DNA of 26,252 nt from Elusimicrobiota bacterium (GTDB lineage: Bacteria > Elusimicrobiota > Elusimicrobia > Elusimicrobiales > UBA9959). Both the position numbers and the translations under genes were made by a program. Positions 1 through 7,387 of this stretch are shown here, piece after piece (positions within the stretch are counted from its first letter, which is position 1; every line of letters starts with the position of its first letter). The notes below the pieces were generated by a model. The model saw only the letters and a program-made list of their open reading frames with translations, had not been told where the DNA came from and made no database searches. The DNA is taken from NCBI GenBank assembly GCA_027340875.1, contig DAIENX010000051.1:1-26252 (forward strand), in the 5' to 3' direction.

Positions 1-2
1 AC

Positions 3-1031
3 CGCACCTTCGTGCAGAAGGGCTTCGACCTGGCCACCGCGCCGCACCTGGGGAGCATCCCGCTGATCTTCAACCTGCCGGCCGTGCTGATAGTGCTGGC
101 CCTTACCGGGCTGCTGATAGTCGGCATCAAGAAGAGCACCCGCTTCAACGACATCCTCGTGATGATAAAGCTGGCGGTGCTCGCGCTGTTCGTGGGCGTG
201 GGCTTCTACTACTTCAAGGCCGAGAACTGGGTGCCTTTCGCGCCGGGCGGCTGGAAGGGCATACAGGTGGGCGCGGCCACGATCTTCTTCGCCTACATCG
301 GCTTCGACGCGGTCTCCACGGTGGCCGAGGAGACGCGCGATCCCAGGCGGGACATGCCTATAGGCATCATAGGCTCCCTGATCGTCTGCACGCTGATCTA
401 CATCCTGGTCACCGTGGCGCTGACCGGCATGATGCCCTTCATGGAGCTCAAGAACAAGATAGCCGAACCGCTGATCGCCGGGCTGGACTACAACCACGCC
501 GCCCGCTGGATCATAGTGCTGGTGTCGCTCGGTTCGGTCATAGCGCATACCGCGGTGCTCCTGGTCTTCCAGATGGGGCAGCCCCGCATCTTCTTCTCGA
601 TGAGCCGCGACGGCCTGCTGCCGCAGTATTTCGCGCGGGTGCACGAGAAGTTCAAGACCCCGCACGTGACCACCATCTGGACCGGCGTCTTCGTGGCCGT
701 GCTGTCGGCGCTGTGCAACATCGACGAGATGGCCAACCTCTGCAACATCGGCACGCTGTTCGCTTTCGTGCTGGTCTGTATGGGGGTCATAGTGCTGCGC
801 GTCAAGGACCCGGACCGGCACAGGCCGTTCAGGGCGCCCGGCGGCTACGCCACCCCGGTGCTGGGGATACTCTTCTGCCTTTTCCTGATGCACGGCCTGG
901 ACAAGGTCACCTGGATACGTTTCTTCGCCTGGCTCGTGATAGGACTGGTGATCTACTACATGTACGGCTACAAACACTCTCGCGTGCGCACCGGAGACCT
1001 GCTGCTCAAGCAGGCGGGCGGCGCCAAGTAA
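3..1031 (+). CDS. APC-family amino acid permease (YfnA/YhdG-like), 5' truncated by the window
   Basis: The frame is open from position 3. Many TM helices. Motifs FFAYIGFDAVSTVAEETRDPRRDMP, PRIFFSMSRDGLLP and NIGTLFAF are typical of cationic amino acid/APC permeases. Confidence 0.93.
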   Translation, partial: RTFVQKGFDLATAPHLGSIPLIFNLPAVLIVLALTGLLIVGIKKSTRFNDILVMIKLAVLALFVGVGFYYFKAENWVPFAPGGWKGIQVGAATIFFAYIGFDAVSTVAEETRDPRRDMPIGIIGSLIVCTLIYILVTVALTGMMPFMELKNKIAEPLIAGLDYNHAARWIIVLVSLGSVIAHTAVLLVFQMGQPRIFFSMSRDGLLPQYFARVHEKFKTPHVTTIWTGVFVAVLSALCNIDEMANLCNIGTLFAFVLVCMGVIVLRVKDPDRHRPFRAPGGYATPVLGILFCLFLMHGLDKVTWIRFFAWLVIGLVIYYMYGYKHSRVRTGDLLLKQAGGAK

Positions 1032-1044
1032 ACCGGAGGAGAAC

Positions 1045-1332
1045 ATGCTGGACAAGATGAAGCAGCTTTGGGAGATGAAGAAGAAGATGGACGAGCTGAA
1101 GAAGGAGCTCGATTCCCTCGTGCTGGCCAGCGAGGACAGCCTCGTGAAGGTCAGCATAACCGGCTCGCAGGAGATAAAGTCGGTGGAGTTCAAGTGCGAC
1201 CCCGCGGCCACCGACAAGGCCAGGCTGCAGAAGTCGCTGGCGGAGACCGTCAACAGGGCGATAAAGGAGTCGCAGAAATCCGCCGCCCAGAAGATGAGCT
1301 CCCTCGGCGGCATCCCCGGCCTCGGGATGTAG
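1045..1332 (+). CDS. ybaB: YbaB/EbfC family nucleoid-associated protein
   Basis: 95 aa. N-terminal coiled coil (MKQLWEMKKKMDELKKEL), LVKVSITGSQEIKSV, VNRAIKES, and a GGIPGLGM tail. GGAGGAG SD upstream. Confidence 0.85.
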   Translation: MLDKMKQLWEMKKKMDELKKELDSLVLASEDSLVKVSITGSQEIKSVEFKCDPAATDKARLQKSLAETVNRAIKESQKSAAQKMSSLGGIPGLGM

Positions 1333-1347
1333 CCGTCCGCAGTTATC

Positions 1348-1388
1348 AAAAAGAAGGACCCCGGCCGGAAGCCGGGGTCCTTCTTTTT
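1348..1388. terminator. Bidirectional intrinsic terminator
   Basis: AAAAAGAAGGACCCCGGC-cggaa-GCCGGGGTCCTTCTTTTT is a perfect inverted repeat with A/T tails, between convergent genes. Confidence 0.92.
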
Positions 1389-1402
1389 CCGTCAGCCAGG
1401 CC

Positions 1403-2098
1403 TTATTTCAGCTGGTAGGAGGTCAGGACGATGGTTTCCTGCTTCTCCTCGGAATTTATCTGCTCGTAGACCAGGCCTACGCCGGGGGCGTAGTAACGCA
1501 CGGCGGCGCCGGCGTCCCCGTCGCTCAGCCGCGTGAGGACCTTCAGGCAGCCGTTATAGGTGCCGGCGGGCACGGTGATCTTGGCGTTGAGGGCGGCGAC
1601 GCGGTTGCGGTCGGGGCCCTCGTTCCAGACGGCGTTGTACTCTAGCGGGAACGGCAGCTCCAGCCTGGGCCCGTAGAGCGGGGAGTCGGAGGAGCGGATG
1701 CCGGCGGCGTCGGCGGTCATAACGTAGTTGACCACGCGCGGCTTGGTGCGGTTGAAGATGACCATGTTCACCTGCGCGGTGCGCTCCGCCTCGGAGTACG
1801 ACATGTACTCCACGCGTATCACCTTGGAGCCGTTGAACTCGCTGGAGGTGTATTCGTACTCGAACACCGCGCGCTTGTTCAGCGGCAGGTAATCGGCGGC
1901 CGGGGTGTCGGAATAGCGGGGGTCGGCGATGCTGACCGGGGGCGGCACGGTGAACGGCTGCTGCATTTCGGCGGCCTCGCGGGCGGCGGCGGAAAGGCCG
2001 CTGTCGGTGGCGGCCAGGACCTTGTCCAGGGCGCCTTCGGCAAAAGCCGCGGCGGAGAAAGAAAGTATTAGCGACAGGAACAACAATGACTTTTTCAT
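1403..2098 (-). CDS. Secreted hypothetical protein with a beta-rich VPAGT...YYAPGVGLV domain (DUF3108/TapB-like)
   Basis: Signal peptide MKKSLLFLSLILSFSAAAFA. C-terminal ITVPAGTYNGCLKV...YYAPGVGLVYE motif. GGAGG SD upstream. Confidence 0.75.
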   Translation of the reverse strand: MKKSLLFLSLILSFSAAAFAEGALDKVLAATDSGLSAAAREAAEMQQPFTVPPPVSIADPRYSDTPAADYLPLNKRAVFEYEYTSSEFNGSKVIRVEYMSYSEAERTAQVNMVIFNRTKPRVVNYVMTADAAGIRSSDSPLYGPRLELPFPLEYNAVWNEGPDRNRVAALNAKITVPAGTYNGCLKVLTRLSDGDAGAAVRYYAPGVGLVYEQINSEEKQETIVLTSYQLK

Positions 2099-2438
2099 AG
2101 CAGAAAGCCTCCGAAATATAAGCTGGTTATATTTCCGATACTTTGTGCTAAGTTTCTGCAGGTGGGTGAAACTTAACGCGTCTTCCGTATACTTCCTTGG
2201 AAGAACATCACCGCGCGGGTAGTCTTTGGACTTTTATGGATACCTTCGCGGCTTGTAAGGTACGGAACTACCTAAGAATTATACCAAAACGCGTCCTGAA
2301 ATTGCAACCAGGGGAGGGTCGCCGGCGGGGTGATCGGGGTATCCAGTGCCCGGCGCCCGAACTGCCGGACAGTCCGCTGCGCCGGAATCCTCCTTTGCCG
2401 TATTTCCGCGGGCGGGAGGCCTATATTCGCGAATAAAG

Positions 2439-2454
2439 TGTAACTATTGTTACA
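2439..2454. promoter_or_regulatory. Perfect palindromic operator candidate TGTAAC-tatt-GTTACA
   Basis: An exact inverted repeat in an AT-rich intergenic stretch, ~30 bp upstream of an extended -10. Confidence 0.55.
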
Positions 2455-2479
2455 TTACAGGAACATTCCCGCCGCAAAA

Positions 2480-2488
2480 TGTTATACT
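2480..2488 (+). promoter_or_regulatory. Extended -10 promoter element (TGnTATACT) for the cyclase-like/kinase operon
   Basis: TG-T-TATACT lies 10 nt before the ATG at 2499, which has no SD. Confidence 0.5.
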
Positions 2489-2498
2489 GCCAACTATA

Positions 2499-2822
2499 AT
2501 GCCGGTATACCTCATAACCTACACCGTACTGTTCTGGGTCCCGGCGGCCGTGCTCATCCTGGCGCTATTCCGCCGCGAGCCCGTGCCGCTGAAGAAGGCC
2601 TTCTGGGCCGCGGCCGTCCTGATAGCCATAACCACCACGATAATGGAGTACGTCTACCTGGGCTTCGACGTCTGGAGCTTCTCGCAGAAGACGGACAAGC
2701 TCATAGGCATCTGGTTCGGACCGGCGCCGATAGAGGAGTTCGTGTTCTGGTACGGCGCGCCGCTGTTCTGCATGTCGGTCTACCTGGCCTGGTGCCGCCT
2801 GTTCGGAGGGAAGAATGCCTGA
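2499..2822 (+). CDS. Lycopene-cyclase-domain (CrtYc/Yd-like) small membrane protein 1
   Basis: 107 aa from ATG 2499; the upstream part of the 2346 ORF is AT-rich and looks non-coding. About 3 TM helices. Pattern E-x7-W-x-F...G-x5-PIEEFVF matches the heterodimeric lycopene cyclase domain. Confidence 0.72.
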   Translation: MPVYLITYTVLFWVPAAVLILALFRREPVPLKKAFWAAAVLIAITTTIMEYVYLGFDVWSFSQKTDKLIGIWFGPAPIEEFVFWYGAPLFCMSVYLAWCRLFGGKNA

Positions 2823-3192
2823 GAACAACGACGATCCCTACGTGGACGAGAAGGAAAAGGAAAGGCGGGCGTCGCAAAAACGCTGGCCGGCCACCGTCAT
2901 CCTGTCGGCCCCTTTCATCTTCATACTCATTCCGATGTTCAAGGCCGCCAGGGAGCGGGTGAACTGGGCCGCCGCCATAGCCATGATCTGCACCTTCGAG
3001 GTGCTGATGCTGCTGGCCGAGTATTTCTCCGTCTCCCGTGGCCACTGGGTCTGGAACCCCAACCGCACCTTAGGGCCTACCATCTTCGGCATACCTATAG
3101 AGGATCCGCTGCTGTACTACTGGTTCCCGCCGCTGTTCATGGTTATACTGCTTCACACGCTGCAGAAGTACGTCTTCGAGAAAAAGCAATAA
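2815..3192 (+). CDS. Lycopene-cyclase-domain (CrtYc/Yd-like) small membrane protein 2
   Basis: AEYFSVSRGHWVWN...LGPTIFGIPIEDPLLYY. About 3 TM helices. Overlaps the previous gene by 8 nt, with a GGAGGG SD. Confidence 0.72.
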   Translation: MPENNDDPYVDEKEKERRASQKRWPATVILSAPFIFILIPMFKAARERVNWAAAIAMICTFEVLMLLAEYFSVSRGHWVWNPNRTLGPTIFGIPIEDPLLYYWFPPLFMVILLHTLQKYVFEKKQ

Positions 3193-3210
3193 CTCCTGAA
3201 AGGGGGGTAT

Positions 3211-4509
3211 ATGACCGCGTCAGACATCATAGGGAAGAAGTATCTCCGCGCGCAGGCTTTCGTCACGGGCGCCGCCTTCCTGCTCTCCGCAGCTATACTG
3301 CGCAGCTCGCCCAGCATACCTTTTGAGCCGGGGCTGGCGGGGCTGTTGGTCGCCGCTTCCGCGGGCTACTTCCTCTTCGCCGCCTTCTGGCGCCTCCTCA
3401 GCCGCGACCTGTATTTCGCCATACTGTCGCTCAGCCTTTACGGCACAGTGGTGATGGGCTTCGTCCTGCACATGACGGGGGGGATAGTCTCGCCGCTGGT
3501 CTGCTTCTATTTCGCCCTGCTGGTGTCCGAAGTGGGCTACGGGGTGACCTCCCGGCTTTCCCTTTTCGCTGCGGTGCTCAGCTATGCCTGCGTGGTGGCG
3601 GGGGAATGGTCTGGGTTGCTGCGGGTGTCGGACCCGCAGGCGATGGCGGTCTACTCCAGCCCGGCCGCGGTCATGTTCATTTCCGGTTCGGTCATCTCCT
3701 TCATGGTGCTGACCGGCTACATAGGCAAGCTGATACTCGGGGCGTTGCGCGCCGATTTCGCCGACGAACAGTTCCAGCGCCGCGCGCTGCAGGACAAGTT
3801 CGCGGAGCTCAGCTCCACCGCGCATATAGGTATGCTGACGCACAGGATAATACACGACCTCCGCGGCCCGCTGGGGGCGATAATGGGCTACGGCGAGCTG
3901 TTGCTCCGCTCCCCGGCCAGGACGGAAGACGAGAGGGACATGCTGCGGGACCTGATGGCGGCCGTAGGCAGGATGAGCGCCTCCCTCGGGGACGTCACGC
4001 GCTTCGGCCGCGCCGCCGCGGCGCCCAAGGAACCGCTCCGCCTTGCCGAGCTGTTGAGGAACCTGGTGGTCATAGCGAAGCTGTTCCCGGACCGCGGCAA
4101 ATGCGCCATCGAGGAAAGCTACCCCGGAGGGGAGGGGCTCGTGGTGCTGGCGTCCAGGCAGGAGCTGCAGCAGGCGTATTTCAACGTGCTCAAGAACGCC
4201 ATAGAAGCGCTGTCCGGAGCGCCCGGAGACAGGGCGGTGCGCGTTATCCTGCGCGGGGCCGGGAACTTCGCCGAAGTGGCCATAGAACACAACGGGCCGC
4301 CCATTCCCGCGGAGGTGCTTTCCTCGCTCTTCAAGAAGCCGGTGACCGGCAAAGCCTCCGGCACCGGGGTCGGCATGCTGATAGCCCAGGACCTCCTGGT
4401 CCGCAACGGCGGCATGATCTACGCCGAGAATTTCGAGGGCGGGGTCAGGATATTGACGCGGCTGCCCCTGGCCGGCGACAGGGCGGCGCTGCCCGCGCAG
4501 GCCCGATAG
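3211..4509 (+). CDS. Membrane sensor histidine kinase (PilS/RegB-like TM domain + HisKA + HATPase)
   Basis: About 6 TM helices with TGGIVSP. H-box HDLRGPL, N-box NVLKNAIEA, G2 GTGVGM. G1 box is atypical (HNGPPIP). Confidence 0.9.
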   Translation: MTASDIIGKKYLRAQAFVTGAAFLLSAAILRSSPSIPFEPGLAGLLVAASAGYFLFAAFWRLLSRDLYFAILSLSLYGTVVMGFVLHMTGGIVSPLVCFYFALLVSEVGYGVTSRLSLFAAVLSYACVVAGEWSGLLRVSDPQAMAVYSSPAAVMFISGSVISFMVLTGYIGKLILGALRADFADEQFQRRALQDKFAELSSTAHIGMLTHRIIHDLRGPLGAIMGYGELLLRSPARTEDERDMLRDLMAAVGRMSASLGDVTRFGRAAAAPKEPLRLAELLRNLVVIAKLFPDRGKCAIEESYPGGEGLVVLASRQELQQAYFNVLKNAIEALSGAPGDRAVRVILRGAGNFAEVAIEHNGPPIPAEVLSSLFKKPVTGKASGTGVGMLIAQDLLVRNGGMIYAENFEGGVRILTRLPLAGDRAALPAQAR

Positions 4510-4541
4510 CAGACAACCTCCAGTTCGCGCGCACGGCCCGG

Positions 4542-4567
4542 TGTAATACTTTCCCGGGCCGGTCGTA
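4542..4567 (+). promoter_or_regulatory. Putative ECF-sigma (autoregulatory) promoter TGTAAT-N16-CGTA
   Basis: Spacing and sequence resemble SigW/SigX-type ECF promoters (TGWAAC-N16-CGW). It lies directly upstream of the ECF gene. Confidence 0.55.
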
Positions 4568-4590
4568 TTTATTAGTATAGAGGGACCGGC

Positions 4591-5085
4591 ATGGAATTCA
4601 CCGAGCTCTACGACCGCTACTTCGCTAAAGTCTACAACTACGTGCGCTACCACGTGCGGCTGGCGGCCGAGGCGGACGACATTACCGGCAGGATCTTTGA
4701 AGCGGCGCTCGGCGGGTTCGCTAAGTTCGACCCTTCCCGCGGTCCCGAGCAGGCCTGGCTCTTCGGCATAGCGCGCAACGCGGTAGCCGACTGGGGCCGG
4801 GGGAGGACCCGGAGAGGGGAAGTGGCGCTGGATGCGGCGGCTGAACGCGAGGGCACGGACCCGCGGCCGGAAGCGGCGTTCGAGCTGCGGGAGCGGGAAG
4901 CCCGCCTGCTGGAGGCGGTGGCCGGGCTGGACGAGCGCTCCAGGGACATAATCGCCCTCAAGTTCTCCTCCGGCATGAACAACCGGGAGATAGCGAAGCT
5001 GACCGGCCTGGGGGAAAGTAATATAGGGATAATAATTTACAGGGCGGTAAAGAAGATGCAGGCGTCCTTAGAGGGAAAGATATGA
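4591..5085 (+). CDS. ECF-type RNA polymerase sigma-70 factor
   Basis: Region 2 (ELYDRYFAKVYNYV...EADDITGRIF...AWLFGIARNAVADW) and region 4 (LKFSSGMNNREIAKLTG...IYRAVKKM). 164 aa. Confidence 0.95.
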   Translation: MEFTELYDRYFAKVYNYVRYHVRLAAEADDITGRIFEAALGGFAKFDPSRGPEQAWLFGIARNAVADWGRGRTRRGEVALDAAAEREGTDPRPEAAFELREREARLLEAVAGLDERSRDIIALKFSSGMNNREIAKLTGLGESNIGIIIYRAVKKMQASLEGKI

Positions 5086-5738
5086 GCGAGCAGGAACTGG
5101 CGGAAAAATTCAACAGGGAGCTGGATTCCCTGCTGGCGGGCGAGGCTCCCGCGGCCCCCTGCGACCCCGGCGCCATGGCGATAGCGTCGGCGCTGTCCGA
5201 TGCGGACTTCAGCGGCGGCTCCAGGATAAGGGAGGAGCTGCGCGGCCGCCTTGCGCCGGAGGCCGGCGGCATTTTATCCGGGCTGGCGGCCCTGCTCTCC
5301 AATAATTACGCCCGCGCGGCGCTCGTCGCGGCCTGCCTGGCGGTGGTCCTGCTGCCGCTGGCGCGCAGGTCCCCCGTGCCGGTGACCGTGCCCGTTCCGG
5401 CGCCCGTTGCGCAAACTCCCGCGGCCCCGGGCCCGGAAATAACGGCTTCCTCGGAAGCCCTGAGCCCGGTACCCAGGGCCGAACTGTGGCTTAAGCAGCC
5501 GCCGAAGCCGGATGCCGGTCTGTTCGCCTCCGTGCCGATGGGGATGCTGGAGGGCGAGAAAATATCACAGTTCCCGATAGCGGCCGCCGGGCGGGGGGCT
5601 CCGATAGCCGTGTCCGGGGTCCGGGCGGTAAGCGATGAGAACGGCTCCGGGGTGGCCTGGGAGACCGAGACCACCGTTTTCGAGCTGCGCAGGCAGCCCA
5701 TAGCGTTGGAAGATCTGTTCCAGGTGATATCGATCTAG
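5082..5738 (+). CDS. Putative single-TM anti-sigma factor
   Basis: ATGA overlap with the sigma gene. ~75 aa cytoplasmic N-domain, a TM helix (AALVAACLAVVLLPLA), a Pro/Ala linker and an extracytoplasmic C-domain. No ZAS motif. Confidence 0.65.
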   Translation: MSEQELAEKFNRELDSLLAGEAPAAPCDPGAMAIASALSDADFSGGSRIREELRGRLAPEAGGILSGLAALLSNNYARAALVAACLAVVLLPLARRSPVPVTVPVPAPVAQTPAAPGPEITASSEALSPVPRAELWLKQPPKPDAGLFASVPMGMLEGEKISQFPIAAAGRGAPIAVSGVRAVSDENGSGVAWETETTVFELRRQPIALEDLFQVISI

Positions 5739-5854
5739 ATGTAAATGTGTGACTCCTCTCGGGAGGGGTTCAGCGAAGGCCGTCTGAAAGGCATAGCCCT
5801 GATACGGCACGCGCATAGCGCAGCGACGACGAAAGTGACAGAGAAGGAGGCCTT

Positions 5855-6349
5855 ATGAAAATACTCGGACTGACAGTGATAGCGGCGCTGACCCTTGCGG
5901 CGGCGCCTTCGAACCTGCCCGCGGACGAAGCGGCGGCGCCAGGCGCTCCGGCTTCCGTCCAGGAGGCGGAGAAGCCCGTCAAGGCCTCCGTGGCGACCGG
6001 CCTGGTGGCGGGCTACAGGGGCGCTTCCATCGCCCTGCCCGGCGACCAGCTCCTCTACCTGAGGAGGGGTGACAGGGTGGACGTGATGGTGACCTTCGAC
6101 GCCGCGATGAAGGACTCGAAGGAGACCGTGACCGCCACGATACTGCAGAACGTCGTGGTCATCAACGTGGCCAGGCCGGAGAAAGTGACCGGCACCGGCG
6201 CCGTGGAGCTGCTGCTGAACCCCAACGAGGCGCAGTATCTGGCGCTCAGCGTGTCGCAGGCCAAGCGCATAACTATAGCCGTGCGCGCGGTCGGGGACAC
6301 CGAGCTGCACCCGATGGAGATGGCCAGCTTCCGCCGCCTTATCAAGTAA
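5855..6349 (+). CDS. Stand-alone RcpC/CpaB C-terminal domain protein, secreted
   Basis: GYRGASI...LRRGDRVDVMVT...TATILQNVVVI...VELLLNPNEAQYLALS...IAVR is the RcpC signature. Signal peptide present, no SAF domain. AAGGAGG SD. Confidence 0.82.
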   Translation: MKILGLTVIAALTLAAAPSNLPADEAAAPGAPASVQEAEKPVKASVATGLVAGYRGASIALPGDQLLYLRRGDRVDVMVTFDAAMKDSKETVTATILQNVVVINVARPEKVTGTGAVELLLNPNEAQYLALSVSQAKRITIAVRAVGDTELHPMEMASFRRLIK

Positions 6350-6367
6350 GGGAGCTAGGAGGATATT

Positions 6368-7372
6368 ATGAAACCCGCTATCATGGCTCTTATGCTCTGC
6401 ACGCTGACGCCCGCCGCGGCGGTACGCGCGGCCGCGTCTTCCGCCGACGAGGTGAGCTGCGCGGCCGAGGACATGCAGCTGTTCTACTACTACCTCGCCC
6501 CGCAGCTGGAGGAGAAGGTGAAGTCCCGCAAGACCGATTGCCACGGCAGCAAGACGACCCTCGAGCTCCCCGGCTGGCTGGAGAAAGCCAGGCCCGCCAT
6601 GCTGGAACGTAAGGTCTGGCGTGACCCGGAGGAGGGTGAGCTCAGCGAGGCCGCGCTATGGCAGACTCCGGTTTCCGTCCTCTACGAGTTCGCCTCTAAG
6701 GCGCAGCGGGGGGCCGACCCCTTAGCGCTGGAGGCCGAATACGCCGACATGCGGGTACGCTTCATGATGAGCCTTGACCGCCTTTACAGGTCGGGGCTCC
6801 AGGACTCCATGGGCGGGCGCGGCGCGGCCCTGCTGGCGGACATGGACGGCATCATGAAGGACTTCGACGGGATAATGGAGGACGTCTCGGACTCGGACCG
6901 GAAAGGCTTCGACGCCAGGTCCGCGGACCTGTTGCGCCGCGGCCGGGCGCTGTTCGCGCGGCTCTTCGAAGCTCCCCGCCAGGTAAAGGACCTCCCGAAG
7001 CGGTATAAGCCGGTGCCGTACATACTGGCCGGCTACCGCGGGGTGACGCTGCCGGTCTCCGGCCCGCAGGCGCTGTTCCTTAATCCCGGCGACAGGGCGG
7101 ACATGCTCGTCACCTTCGAGGCCATAATGGCTGGCGATGTGAAGGAGAAGGTGACGGCTACGATACTGCAGAACGTGCTGGTCACGAAGGTGCAGAAGCC
7201 GGACTCCCCGGACGGCGTGGGCGCGGTGCAGATGCTGGTCAACCCTATGGAGGGGCAGTACGCCTCGCTGAGCCTGGCGCAGGCGTCCAACATCGTGCTG
7301 ACGCGCCGTGCTGCTGGCGACATGGAGATGCATCCGATGGAGATAGCGAGCTTCCGAAAGCTGCTCAAGTAG
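6368..7372 (+). CDS. Secreted protein: unknown helical N-domain fused to a C-terminal RcpC/CpaB domain
   Basis: Signal peptide. The C-terminal ~115 aa (GYRGVTL...PGDRADMLVT...TATILQNVLV...HPMEIASFRKLLK) is paralogous to the previous gene. AGGAGG SD. Confidence 0.8.
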   Translation: MKPAIMALMLCTLTPAAAVRAAASSADEVSCAAEDMQLFYYYLAPQLEEKVKSRKTDCHGSKTTLELPGWLEKARPAMLERKVWRDPEEGELSEAALWQTPVSVLYEFASKAQRGADPLALEAEYADMRVRFMMSLDRLYRSGLQDSMGGRGAALLADMDGIMKDFDGIMEDVSDSDRKGFDARSADLLRRGRALFARLFEAPRQVKDLPKRYKPVPYILAGYRGVTLPVSGPQALFLNPGDRADMLVTFEAIMAGDVKEKVTATILQNVLVTKVQKPDSPDGVGAVQMLVNPMEGQYASLSLAQASNIVLTRRAAGDMEMHPMEIASFRKLLK

Positions 7373-7387
7373 CCCGGAGGGGAACGT

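Noticed and set aside
2346..2498. N-terminal extension of the 158-aa ORF, including a CNYC motif, and ORF 2197..2436
   Set aside because: They overlap AT-rich promoter and palindrome DNA with atypical codon usage. The membrane domain starts at ATG 2499.
5765..5830. TPP-, glycine- or canonical c-di-GMP-I riboswitch call
   Set aside because: Only fragmentary word matches; the required conserved cores are missing. Kept only as an unknown structured RNA candidate.
5855..7372. A complete Tad/Flp pilus locus
   Set aside because: No pilin, prepilin peptidase, secretin, ATPase or TadB/C gene is in the window.
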